Assembly (NCBI GenBank): GCA_030390025.1
Contig: CM059432.1
Location: forward strand, 17,610,001-17,674,000
Origin: Squalus acanthias
Lineage: Eukaryota
Length of the DNA stretch: 64,000 nucleotides
Direction: 5' to 3'
The notes under the pieces are model-generated. The model did not search any database. It worked only from the letters and a program-made list of their open reading frames with translations, and had not been told where the DNA came from. How positions within the stretch are numbered: position 1 is the first letter of the stretch; each line of letters begins with the position of its first letter. This document shows positions 37,914 through 49,982 of this stretch, piece after piece. The position numbers and the translations under genes are program-made.

Positions 37914-38094
37914 ATTATATTCACAAAGGTCACACCTTCCAGCTTCCAATGTAGCTCACTTCTCAGAAAACTTATGCCAAATAACAGCCACGGGCACGCT
38001 GCATGCTCATTATCTTACGTTTTGTTTATTCACAATTCCCGTTATAAACACTGTTGGTGCATGGTACTTTAGCTTTAGAGGCGAGCATGTTTGA

Positions 38095-38520
38095 TTGAGT
38101 AGATTGGGCCTATACTCTCTCGAATTTAGAAGAATGAGAGGTGATCTCAACATATAAGATTCTGAGGGGGATTGACAGGGTAGATGCTGAGAGGATGTTT
38201 CTCCTGGCTGGAGAGTCCAGAACTAGGGGGCATAGCCTCAGGATAAGGGGTCGGCCTTTTAAGACTGAGATGAGGAGGAATTTCTTCACTCAGAGGGCTG
38301 TGAATCTTCATTATTCTCTACCTCTAAGGGCTGTGAATGCTGAGTCATTGAGTATATTCAAGGCTGAGATCAATAGGTATTTGGACTCTAGGGGAATCAA
38401 GGGATATGGGGATCGGGCGGGAAAGTGGAGTTGAGGTCGAAGATCAGCCATGATTTTATTGAATGGCGGAGCAGGCTCGAAGGGCCGTATGCCCTACTCC
38501 TCCTCCTAATTCTTATGTTG
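38095..38520 (+). mobile_element. CR1 3' fragment
   Basis: ORF 38141-38434, close to 8803-9237. Confidence 0.85.
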
Positions 38521-38939
38521 TTATAAGCAATGGGCCGGGGCCCCCTGTTAGAAGCCCTAAACCGCCTCGAGGAAACTTGCTTGGAATCCGTGGCGCCAAT
38601 TGGAGAGTGTCATGTAGTAGGCCAGCTTGTGACTCCAGGGTCTTTTGTTTCCCTCGCTCTAATCATTTACACTCACAGGTATTCTGTTAATCACAAAATT
38701 AGCAAACACCACAGCAATGCAGCCTCACATGGATTGGCAAGTTACATTTGCTGATATCATTATAAAGCTTGTTTCCCCTTCTATATTCATAGGTCCCTGT
38801 GGAACCATCAGCTGCAGGCCCAGAACATGCCATTGGAAAATTTCCCTTTATATCTTTAAAAAAAAAGCAAGAAGAATGTGCAGAATGTTCACATCTGCTG
38901 CTGCCAGCCTCAATGTGATCAAAACAGAATTGGAATATT

Positions 38940-39175
38940 TTGGCCTCGGTTTTAAAATTCACATCCTTGTTTTCAAATCCCTCCACAGCCTCTTTATCTC
39001 TGTAACCTCCTCCAGCCCAACAATTCTCCGAGTTCTCTGCACTCCTCCAATTCTGGCCTCTTGTGCATCCCCGAATTTCATCACTCCACCATTGGCGGCC
39101 GTGCCTTCAGCTGCCTACGTCCTAAGCCCTGGAACTCTCTCCCTAAACCTCTCCGCCTCACAACACCTCTCTCCA
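38940..39175 (+). mobile_element. L2-type LINE 3' fragment, degraded
   Basis: FKIHILVFKSLH...TIGGRAFSC...PWNSLPK. Confidence 0.65.
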
Positions 39176-39532
39176 ATAGTTCCAAAAATACTTTTAATGG
39201 TTACAGAAATGTTTTTTCTGCATGTGTGTTTGTGTAATCAATAAATAAAGAATCCACATTCTGTGCACTGGTTTATAGAAAAAAAACTACTAAATAGCTC
39301 ATAAGCATCACAAATCATTTTCCGCTTACCACCCATCACTGACATATATCCTCTTTATAATAGTTAAAATAGCTAAAAATGCTCTCTGTTATTATATGAT
39401 AGACACTGGGCTTATTGGTTGTCTAGAATTTGGTGATTGGGTATTGGCAACGCATCACAATAAATATAGAAGTTCTGGTATCGCTCGGGGGGAATCATAA
39501 ACCATGGCTATAAACCACAGATCTGGAGGCTG

Positions 39533-40296
39533 TGGCCCTGAAATTCGCCTCTCCGGCTTGCCGCGGGTGCAAGGATCGCGCGCGCACTTACCTACCGCGC
39601 CTGCCGTTGACCTCTGGGCCCACGGGGACTTCAACTCCTGGGCCTGCTCCAAGTGCCGGCGCGCAGTGCTTGCGTGTCCCAGGGGCGTAGTTAGTGCGAT
39701 GCGTCCCCTGGGATCACGTGGGCCATGGAGAGCCAATGGCAGCAGACCATCTTTCATTCATAGATTTGACAGGAGACCTGTCAAATCTGTGAATTGAAAT
39801 CGGCCCCAAAAGAACAGCTAAACTTAAAATAAATTTTAAAAAAAACATCACATTTATAAAATAACTATAAGTTAAATAAATTAACTACATTAAACAAAAA
39901 TTTAAATTTTTGAAAAAATTTAAAATACTTTTTAACAGTGCTAAAAATAAACTTACTTTCTTTAAAGTATCTAAAAAAGATAAACCTGTTGAAATTTTTT
40001 AAAATTATAATTAATTAGCCACTTACCTTGTTGAAAACGGGTCTTGCGCCTCCTTTTTAAAAGTGCAGGTTCTTCAATACTTACCCTCCCGGAGAAACCT
40101 GAAAAAAAACCTAAGTTTGCTGCGTGCGCGCAGCCTCTCCCGCGCATGCAGTTCACCTCTGAACCGCTCCCTTCATGAGACCAGAAGTTCCGGTTTCCCG
40201 CGCATGCGCAGTGCATGCAGGAAACCGGCACTGCAGGAGGCCTTACGGGTGAGTACACAGTGCGTACTCACCCGGCAAGTGCCGAAGTTTTGGCCC
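39533..40296. mobile_element. Structured ~760-bp MITE, copy 1
   Basis: TIR GGCCCTGAAATTCG / CGAAGTTTTGGCCC. GC-rich arms with an AT-rich centre; highly similar to 48290-49050. Confidence 0.85.
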
Positions 40297-40643
40297 AGTA
40301 TGTATTGGATAAGAAAGGTGTGTCGGGGTGGGGTGGGGGAAATGAGGGGGCAATGCCAGTTTAATCATGTATCTCATCTGGAGATGCTAATGCTCTGATC
40401 TCATGATACCACAACATTTGCCTTTATATTTTGTTCATCCTGTATAATAAATGAGAAAAAGTCAAGGGCAATCTGATTTATCCTTCAGTATTCCAACTCA
40501 CCCAGTCAAAATGTATTTTGAACTTTCTTAAGATTTTTGACTATCTTACTTGATAGATTATTCAAACAGTTTCTCGTCCTCTCAGTAAAATATGTTTTTT
40601 CAATATTACATTAAATTTCCTTTCACTCATTTGATTTAAATTG

Positions 40644-42985
40644 TGAAATAACAACAGAAAATGCTGGAAATGCTCAGCAGGTCAGGCACCATCCGTGGCG
40701 AGAGAAACAGAGTTAACGTTTCAGGTCGAGGACCCTTCGTCAGAACTGGAAAAAGTTAGAGATGTAACAGTTTTTAAGCAAGTGCAGGGGCAGGGAAAGG
40801 GAGGAGGGGAGGAAAGAACAAAAGGGAAGGTCTGTGATGGGATGGAAGGTAGGAGAGATTAAAAGACAAAAAGGATGATGGTGCAGGGCAAAAGGAGATG
40901 GTAATGGGACAAGTTAATAAACAAAAGATGAGTCTAGATGAGGTGTAAATGGCAATGGCAGAATCATCAACAGCTGCCATGTGAGGAAAAAATATAGTTG
41001 GAACAGTGTAAGAGGCCATGGACAGAGAGATCAGAGTGGGAGTGTAGCGGAGAATTAAAGTGATAGACGACCGTAAGCTCGGGATCACGCTTACGGAATA
41101 AACGGAGGTGTTCCGCAAAGTGGTCACCCAATCTGCGTTTGGTCTCCCCAATGTAGAGGAGACTGCAGCTAATACAGTATACTAAATTGTAAGAAGTACA
41201 AGTAAATCGCTGTTTCACCTAGAAGGAGTGTTTGGGGCCCTGGACAGTGGGAAGGGAGGAGGTAAAAGGGCAGGTGTTGCATCACCTGTGCTTGCACGGG
41301 AAGGTGCTGTGGGAAGGGGAAGGGATGTTGGGGGTGATAGAGGAGTGGACCAGGGTGTCGCGGAGGGAGCGGTCCCTTTGGAATGCTGAAAGGGGGGTGG
41401 AGGGGAAGATATGTTTGGTGGTGGGATCACGCTGGAGGTGGCGGAAATGGTGGAGGATGATCCGTTGAATGTGGAGGCTGGTGGGTTGAAAGGTGAGGAC
41501 AAGGGGAACCCTATCGTGGTTCTGGGAAGGAGGGGAAGTGTTGAGAGCAGAAGTGCGGGAAATGGAATGGACACGGTCAAGGGCCGTGTCAACCACGGTA
41601 GAGGGGAATGCTCAGTTGAGGAAAAAGGAAGACATATCGGAAGCACTAGTATGGAAGGTGGCATCGTCAGAACAGATGTGGCCGAAATGGAGAAACTGGG
41701 TGAATGGAATAGAGTCCTTACAGGAAGTGGGGTGGGAGGAAGTGTAGTCCAGGTAGCTGTGGGAGTCAGTGGGCTTATAGTGGATGTTGGTCAATAGACT
41801 GTCCCCATAAATGGAGATAGAGAAGTCGAGGAAGGGAAGGGAAGAGTCGGAGATGGACCATGTGAAGGTGAGTGAAGGGTGGAAATTGGAAGCAAAGTGA
41901 ATGAAATTTTCTATTTCAGGCCGAGAGCAGGAAACGGCACCAATACAATCATCAATGTACCGGAAAAAGAGGTGAGGGAGGGGACCTGAGTAGGACTGGA
42001 ACAAAGATTGTTCCACATATTCCACGAAAAGGCAGGCATAGCTAGGGCCCATGCGGGTTCCCATAGCAACACCGTTAATTTAGAGGAAGTGAGTGGAGTC
42101 AAAGGAGAAGTTGTTCAATTTGAGAACAAGTTCAGCCAGGCGGAGGAGGGTAGTGGTGGATAGGGACTGGTTGGACCTCTGTTCAAGGAAGAAGCGGAGC
42201 GCCCTCAGGCCATCCTGGTGGGGGATGGAGGTGTAGAGGGAGTGGACGTCCATAGTAAAGAGGCGGCGGTTGGGGCCAGGAAACTGGAAACTGTTAAAGT
42301 GGCGGTGGGCGTCGAAAGAGTCACAAATGTAGATGGGAAGAGTCTAGACAAGGGGAGAAAAAATAGAGTCGAGATAGGAAGTTCTGTGGAGCAAGAACAG
42401 GATTAACAATGGGTCTACCAGGGCAGTCCTGTTTGTGGATCTTGGGAATGAGGTAGAAGTGGGTTGTGTGGGGCAGGGACAGGGAGGAGGGGAGGAAAGA
42501 ACAAAGGGAAGGTCTGTGATAGGCTGGAAGGCAGGAGAGATTAAAAGACAAAAGGGATGATGGTGCGAGGCAAAAGGAGATGGTAATGGGACAAGTTAAG
42601 AAATAAAAGATGACTCTAGATGAAGTGTAAATGGCGATGGCAGAATGATCGACAGCTGCCATGTGAGAGAGAAAAAAGGGAAAAAAATATAGGGGCCGAG
42701 GTTATGATCTGAAATTGTTGAACTCTCTGTTGAGTCCAGAAGGCTGTAAAGTGCCTCATCGAAAGATGAGGTGTTGTTCCTCGAGCTTACGTTGTACTTC
42801 GTTGAAACAGTGTAAGAGGCCTAGGACGGAAAGATCAGAGTGGGAGTGGAGCAGAGAATTAAAGTGACAGGCGACCGGAAGCTCGGGGTCACGCTTACGG
42901 ACTGAACAGAGATGTCCGCAAAGTGGTCACCCAATCTGCGTTTGGTCTCCCCAATGTAGAGGAGACCGCATCCTGAGCAGTGAAT
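40644..42985 (-). mobile_element. Penelope-like element family B, minus arm (RT, GIY-YIG, pseudo-LTR; partial tandem)
   Basis: MGTRMGPSYACLF, FFRYIDD, YKPTDSHSYL, FTCTSYNLVYCISC...YIGETKRRL. A second GIY-YIG/3' segment lies at ~42450-42985. Confidence 0.9.
40711..40747 (-). ncRNA. Minimal type I hammerhead ribozyme, family B
   Basis: Minus strand: agtt CTGACGA a GGGTC ctc GACCT GAAA CGTT aact. Confidence 0.75.
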
Positions 42986-43941
42986 GGCAGCCAACCTCAT
43001 AGTCCCCCAATCCCGCACAGCCCGCTTCTACCTCCTTCCCAAGATCCACAAACAGGACTGCTCTTGTAGACCCATCGTTTCAGCCTGTTCTTGCCCCACG
43101 GAACTGATTTCTTCCTATCTCAACTCTATTTTTTCTCACCCTTGTCCAATCTCTTCCCAACTACATTTGCAACTTTTTCGACGCCCTCTGCCACTTTAAC
43201 AGTTTCCTGGCCCCAACCGTCTCCTCTTCACTATGGACGTCCAATCCCTCTACACCTCCATCCCCCACCAGGATGGCCTGAGGGCGCTCTGCTTCTTCCT
43301 TGAACAGAGGCCCAACCAGTCCCCATCCATCACCACCCTCCTCCGCCTGGCTGAACTTGTTCTCACATTGAACAACTTCTCCTTTGACTCCACTCACTTC
43401 CTCCAAATTTCATTCACTTTGCTTCCAATTTCCACCCCTCCCTTAGCTTCACATGGTCCATCTCCGACACTTCCCTTCCCTTCCTCGACTTCTCTGTCTC
43501 CATTTCTGAGAATAGGCTATCGACCAACATCCACTATAAGCCCACTGACTCCCACAGCTTCCTGGACTACAGTTCCTCCCACCCCGCTTCCTGTAAGGAC
43601 TCTATTCCATTCTCCCAGTTTCTCTATCTCGGCCGCATCTGTTCTAACGATGCCACCTTCCATACTAGTGCTTCCGATATGTCTTTTTACCTCAACCGAG
43701 GATTCCCCTCTACCATGGTTGACATGGCCCTCGACCGTGTCAGTTCCATTTCCCGCACTCTTGCTCTCACCTCTTCCCCCCCCTCCCAGAACCACGATAG
43801 GGTTTCCCTTGTCCTCACCTTTCAACCCACCAGCCTCCACATTCAACGGATCATCCTGCGTCATTTCCACCACCTCCAGCGTGATCCCACCACCAAACAT
43901 ATCTTCCCCTCCACCCCTTTCAGCATTCCGAAGGGACCGCT

Positions 43942-44387
43942 CAACAACAATAACTTGTATTTATATAGCGCCTTTAACGTAGTAAAATGTCCCAAGGCGC
44001 AGCACAGGAGTATTTTAAGACAAAAAATTTGACACTGAGCTACATAAGGATAAATTCGGGCAGGTGACCAAAAGCTTGGCAAAGAGGTAGGTTTTAAGGA
44101 GCATCTTAAAGGAGGAAAGAGAGGTAGTGAGGCGGAGAGGTTTAGGCAGGGAATTCCAGTGTTTATGGCCTAGGCAACAGAAGGCACGGCCACCAAAGAT
44201 TGAGCGATTATAATCAGGGATGCTCAAGAGGGCAGAATTAGAGGAGCGCAGATATCTCGGGGGGGGGGGGGGGGGGGGGTGGGGTGGGGTTGCGGGCTGA
44301 AGGAGATTACAGAGATAGGAAGGGGCGAGGCCATGGAGGGAATTGAAAACAAGGATGAGAATTTTGAAATCGAGGCGCTGCTTAACC
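43942..44387 (-). mobile_element. L2-type LINE 3' fragment inserted in the PLE
   Basis: Close reverse complement of 23165-23587. Confidence 0.85.
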
Positions 44388-45100
44388 TCGACACCCTGGT
44401 CCACTCCTCTATCACCCCCAACATCCCTTCCCCTTCCCACGACACCTTCCCGTGCAAGCGCAGGAGATGCAACACCTGCCCTTTTACCTCCTCGTTTCCC
44501 ACTGTCCAGGGCCCCAAACACTCCTTTCAGGTGAAGCAGCGATTTACTTGTACTTCTTACAATTTAATATTCACTATTCGCTGCTCACGATTCGGCCTCC
44601 TCTACATTGGGGAGACCAAACGCAGATTGGGTGACCGCTTTGCGGAACACCTCCGTTCAGTCCGCAAGCATGACCCCGAGCTTCCGGTCGCCTGTCACTT
44701 TAATTCTCCACTCTGTCCATGGCCTCTTACACTGGTCCAACGAAGCTCAAGGAACAGCATCTCATCTTTCGATTAGGCACTTTACAGCCTTCTGAACACA
44801 ACATCGAGTTCAACAATTTCAGACTATAACCTCTGCCCCTTTATTTTTTTTCCGTTTTTTCTCTCACATGGCAGCTGTTGGTGAATCTGCCATCGCCATT
44901 TACACCTCCTCTAGAGTCATCTTTTGTTTCCTAACTTGTCCCATTACCATCTCCTTTTGCCTTGCACCATCATCCCTTTTGTCTTTTAATCTCTCCTGCC
45001 TTCCAGCCTATCACAGACCTTCCCTTTGTTCTTTCTTCCCCTCCTCCCTTTCCCTGCCCCTACTCTTGCTTAAAAATCTGTTGCTTCTCTAACCTTTTCC

Positions 45101-45137
45101 AGTTCTGACGAAGGGTCATCGACCCGAAACGTTAACT
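45101..45137 (+). ncRNA. Minimal type I hammerhead ribozyme, family B
   Basis: Stem I AGTT/AACT, CTGACGA, stem II GGGTC/GACCC, GAAA, palindromic ACGT stem III. Confidence 0.8.
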
Positions 45138-45229
45138 CTGTTTCTCTCTCCACAGATGCTGCCTGACCTGCTGAGTGTTTCCAGCATGTTCTGTTGTTAT
45201 TTCAGATTTCCAGCTGGCCTCTTGTTTCA

Positions 45230-46950
45230 CTGGGCTGACTCACCTTGAAGTGATATTCTAGGTCCCCATAACAAAACAATTTTATTGCTTTGTCATTTGT
45301 CTGGGGGATTCCACTGGTCTCCCACGGAAGGGAATTTCGGAGCATGGGAGGCCCAAGGTTTCCTTTTGGGGCTTGGAATGAGCATTCATGCTCCTCCTGG
45401 CCTACAAGGAAACAAAATTTAAAAAACTTACCTTACTGGGCCTGGTTCCTGTTCGTGGCATTCCACCACTGCATCACCGCTCAATCCTCAGGTTAAACTC
45501 ACAGATGGAGCCCCGGAGTCCAATCTGCATATTTAAAGAGGAAACCCGGTGGCTTTGGGTGGGTGTTCTTGCTACCTGCAATTCAAAATTGCAGTTGGTC
45601 AGGTCAGAGCAAGAAAGTAGTGGGTTAAATCTTCTGCTCCATTTTAACTGACTGCCACCCCCCACCCCTCCCCCAGCCTGGTTTCACCGGGAGTTAAAAT
45701 TGAGGCCAATTCATTGTCACTTTGCTTTTCCAGCTTAACTTCTTACAGTGGGCTGGATTTTCTTGGGGAAGGTGGGTTGTGGGGGGGTTGGCGGCTCCGT
45801 TGCGGGCGGGAAACCCGGGAGGCCGAGTTTCTCGCAGGCCCTGCCGACTTTAACGGCAGGGCCTGATTTGCACCTGAAGCCTCTGTTTCCCGCCCGCAGC
45901 CAGCCAGATGGAGAGGCTGGATGGCTCCGGGCGGGTAGGCCTGCGACACTAGGCCCGCACAGAGGAGGGATGGAGGGAGGGATACGGTGAGGGCTGGGGC
46001 CGACCTCCGGAAGATTGGGGAGTGGGGGGGGGGGGAGGGGGGGGAAGTAGTTGGAAGATCGCGGCCTCCGGTGGATTGGGGGAGGGGGAGAAGTAAGTTC
46101 GGGGCCGGCCACCAGAGGATCGTGGCCGGCCTCAGGATCATCGGTGGGGTGGGGGTGGGGGTCCGGGAAGGGTTAGGTAGGGACCCTGGATCCAGGAGGT
46201 AAGTGTAAAGGCACTTAACTCCTGGATGCAGCAGTCCTCACCTTGCTGTAACTGCCGGGTTTTACGAGGTGTGTAAAACCCGACCAGCTATGGTTAAAAA
46301 CAAAATGGAGGTTAAAGAAGTGGCTTCCAGCCTCACTAAAATATTTAAGTTGACATCCCGCCTCCTGGGTTGGCTGCCCGCTGTCATATCCCGCCTCCGT
46401 TAACGCAGGAAGTGGGCAGGCTGGAGGCGGGCTCTGGTCAGGATTCTGATTTTTAACAATTTCACTTTACCCCCATGCTCCAAACCCACCCTTGTTTTAG
46501 GTTGGGTGAGCGGGTGGGAGTGGGTGCAGGCGGGGAGTTAAATGGGCAAAAATGGCGAGCGCGTCGGGAAGCCGGCTCCAACCCGCCGACTTCTGGTTTT
46601 AACAGAGGCGAGACGAGGGCCCGGCAGCAAGCCCGCTCCCAGGAGACGGGTTGGCACTTTAAATATGCTAATGAGGCGGGAAGCCGCGGATTTAACCCGC
46701 TTTGTCGGTTTGTCCTGTGGCCGGCTGGGGTTCCCGGGCCTCAGGAAAACCCGGCAGCTGCAGCGAGGCGAGAACCGCCTCGGGGAGCAATCTTTGTGGG
46801 CCGGGAGGAGCAGGAGTGCGTCCCCCGGCTCCACCACCAACCCCCACAAGCTCTCCCACCATCAGAACCCCCCTCATACAAACCCATCGGGCCGGGGATC
46901 GGACCCCACTTCGGGATGGGACCCCACCTCCGGGGAAAATTGAGTGGGGA
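45230..46950. mobile_element. Cluster of GC-rich Harbinger-type MITE fragments
   Basis: Termini such as GTTAAAATTGAGGCC (~45707) and GGGCTGGATTTTC (~45750); shared TTTAAATATGC(T/A)AAT-type cores. Individual boundaries are uncertain. Confidence 0.5.
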
Positions 46951-48289
46951 AATGTATCTGTATAAAATGCACGCAACTCCTCATCATTCAAAACATCTTT
47001 TTTTTTAATTCTTCATGAAAATAGCATTGAGTCAAAGGTAATTAATTCACACTACAATCCAGGACACAACGTCCACAGTACAACACCACCCCGATGCTCG
47101 TTAGTCCTTTTTACCAATTACCAACTTCTAGCGATATTACTAACACATTAATGGCAGCATAGTTCAAACAAAACCGTTTCTAATACTGCAGCAGGTTTAC
47201 ATTGGCACAGCACGGGTTAAGCTTTTAATCTTCCTTCTTTCCCCAAAGTCGGCAAGGAGCTAAGACATGGCGGTAATGACTGAATAATTCCAAAAAAGTT
47301 TCCTCCCACTTTTTTAAAATATCAAAAAATTTGGAATTCTTTGTGCAAATTAAATTGGCTGCTTCAGAATTAAAAGTAGAACAAACAAATTAAAAATACA
47401 ATTTAAAATTCTAACCAATTTAATCAATTAGATTTTCGGCAAAATAACTCGTGGTCTGTTTCCTTAAATGATCGTGCGGCGCTGTTTTCAAGCTACAATC
47501 ACTGCAGAGAACACTGATCATTCACCAGTCCTGCAACAAGAAGTTGACCATTTTCTTGAAAAGTAATATTGCATATTACTTTAATATTTGTATGAACAGC
47601 TCTCGCATTAATGAAAAATTTAATTTCTAGAGCAATCATCTGATATGGTTGTCATTTAAGGACTGGACAGTCTGGTTTTTGAGAAGATTGGGGAGGGGGG
47701 TGAAACTAATTTGGCAAGGGGAGGGACACCTGGATGAAGCATTAGAGAGGAGAAACAAGGGGCCCAAAGGACTGGGAGAGACGAACAACATTAGAATAAA
47801 GAGTGGTTCAGAAACAAGAGGGATCAGACATGGGGGAAAATGTGAGGCAGACCAGCATGGGTTTGGAGCGCATGTGCGTAAATGCACAGAGCGGGGTAAA
47901 TAAGGTTGGTGAGCTGCAGGCACAAGTCGCCACATGGAACTATGATATAGTGGCAATAACGGAGACCTGGCTCAAAAAAGGGGAGGAATGGGCACTTAAT
48001 ATTCCTGGCTACAGGGTATTCAGGAAATACAGGGAAGGAAAAAAAAAGAGTGGGGCGGAGCAGTATTGATCAAAGAGAGCACTAGAACGGGATGATGGAC
48101 TTGAGGGTTCAAAGACAGATTCTCTTTGGTGAAGAATTAAGAAACAATAGAGGAGCTATTACACTGCTGGGTTTATACTGTAGGCCACCAAATAGTGGGA
48201 AGGAGCTAGAAGAGCAAATTTGCAAGCATAGTACAGAAAGATGCAAGAACTTTGGAGTAGCGATAATGGGGGACTTCAATTATCCTAAT

Positions 48290-49050
48290 GGCCCTGAAAT
48301 TCGCCTCTGCGGCTTGCCGCGGGGATAAGGATCGCGCGCGCACTTACCTACTGCGCCTGCCGTTGACCTCTGGGCCCACGGGAACTTCAGCTCCTGGGCC
48401 TGCTCCAAGTGCCGGCACGCAGTGCTTGCGTGTCCCAGGGGCGTAGTTAGTGCGATGCATCCCCTGGGATCACGTGGGCCATGGAGAGCCAATGGCAGCA
48501 GACCATCTTTCATTCATAGATTTGACAGGAGACCTGTCAAATCTATGAATTGAAATCAGCCCCAAAAGAACAGCTAAACTTAAAATAAATTTTAAAAAAC
48601 CATCACATTTATAAAATAACTAGAAGTTAAATAAATTAATTACTTTAAACAAAAATTAAAATTTTTGAAAAAATTAAAAAACTTTTTAACAGTGCTAAAA
48701 ATAAACTTACCTTTCTTTAAAGTATCTAAAAAAGATAAACCTGTTGAAATTTTTTTAAATTATAATTAATTAACCACTTACCTTGTTGAAAACGGGTCCT
48801 GCGCCTCCTTTTTAAAAGCGCAGGTTCTTCAATACTTACCCTCCCGTAGAAACCTGAAAAAAACCTTAAGTTTGCTGCGTGCGCGCAGCCTCTACCGCGC
48901 ACGCGGTTCACCTAAGAACTGCCCCCTTCACCAGACCGGAAGTTCCGGTTTCCCGCGCATGCGCAGTGCATGCAGGAAACCGGCACTTCAGGACGCCTTA
49001 CGGGTGAGTACACAGTGCGTACTCACCCGGCAAGTGCCGAATTTCTGGGC
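48290..49050. mobile_element. Structured ~760-bp MITE, copy 2
   Basis: TIR GGCCCTGAAATTCG / CGAATTTCTGGGCC with 3-bp TSD AAT inside the CR1 reading frame. Confidence 0.9.
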
Positions 49051-49624
49051 CAATATAGATTGGGAAAATAACAGTGTAAAGGGCAAAGAGTGGGAGGAAC
49101 TCCTGAAATGTGTACAAGGTAACTTTCTTGATCAGTATGTTTCCAGCCCAACGAAGAAGGAAGCAGTGCTGGATCTAGTTCTGGGGAATGAAGTGGGGCA
49201 AGTGGAGCGTGATTCACGGGGGAGCATTTGGGAAGCAGTAAACACATTGGCCCAGAAATTAAACATGGATGGTTCCCGCGGGGGTAAGGATTCCCCGCGA
49301 TATCGCACTCTGCGCCTACCTTTTTGTTTGGGGCCCACACGAACTTTAGTTTCAGAGCCTCTTCTTATTGCAACCGCGCAGTGTGTGCGTATCCCAGAGG
49401 CGCAATTAGTTCGTGCGCGCTCTGGGATCACGTGATTCAGTTAGAGCCAATGGCAGCACACCATCTTTCATTCATAGTTTTGACGGCAAGAGCTGTCAAA
49501 GCTATGAATACTACAAACCCCCAAAAGAACAGCTAAACCTCAATTAAATTAAAAAAAAGCCATCACATTAATAAAATAAGAAGTCGCACAACACCAGGTT
49601 ATAGTCCAACAGATTTATTTAATT

Positions 49625-49663
49625 TTACAAGCTTTCGAAGCAGTTCGCTCCTTCGTCAGGTAA
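49625..49663 (-). ncRNA. Minimal type I hammerhead ribozyme, family A
   Basis: As 6447-6485, but stem II is GGAGC/GCTTC (one G.U pair). Confidence 0.75.
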
Positions 49664-49943
49664 GTTAGCAATGAGAGAATCTCCCAGAATTCACAATTTA
49701 AACCCAGACAAAATCTATTCACATTATTCCCTACAACAAAGAGCACAGCCAAGACAATGAGATGTGTCCCAGGCTAACAAGAACACAAATTGACAGGATA
49801 TGCAGCCAGCAGGTGGTTTGACACGTTGGACCCCCTGGGACACATCTCATTGTCTTGGCTGTGCTCTTTGTTGTAGGGAATAATGTGAATAGATTTTGTC
49901 TGGGTTTAAATTGTGAATTCTGGGAGATTCTCTCATTGCTAAC

Positions 49944-49982
49944 TTACCTGACGAAGGAGCGAACTGCTTCGAAAGCTTGTAA
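49944..49982 (+). ncRNA. Minimal type I hammerhead ribozyme, family A
   Basis: ttac CTGACGA a GGAGC gaact GCTTC GAAA GCTT gtaa. Confidence 0.75.

Larger units (their letters stand above)
42984..45215 (+). mobile_element. Penelope-like element family B, plus arm (deleted RT, GIY-YIG, pseudo-LTR)
   Basis: RFYLLPKIHK...RPIVS, MDVQSLYTSIPH, NNFSFD, CKRRRCNTC, YIGETKRRLGDRFAEH. Confidence 0.9.

Noticed and set aside
39455..40398. ORFs of 95-111 aa repeated at 48280-49435
   Set aside because: They are chance frames in GC-rich MITE arms, with no recognisable domain and not preserved in copy 3.
44259..44290. Poly-G run / G-quadruplex candidate
   Set aside because: It is an expansion of a short homopolymer within the L2 fragment and may be a sequencing artefact.
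45735..47008. Overlapping Pro/Gly/Arg-rich ORFs
   Set aside because: Low stop-codon density in GC-rich MITE DNA; open on both strands.
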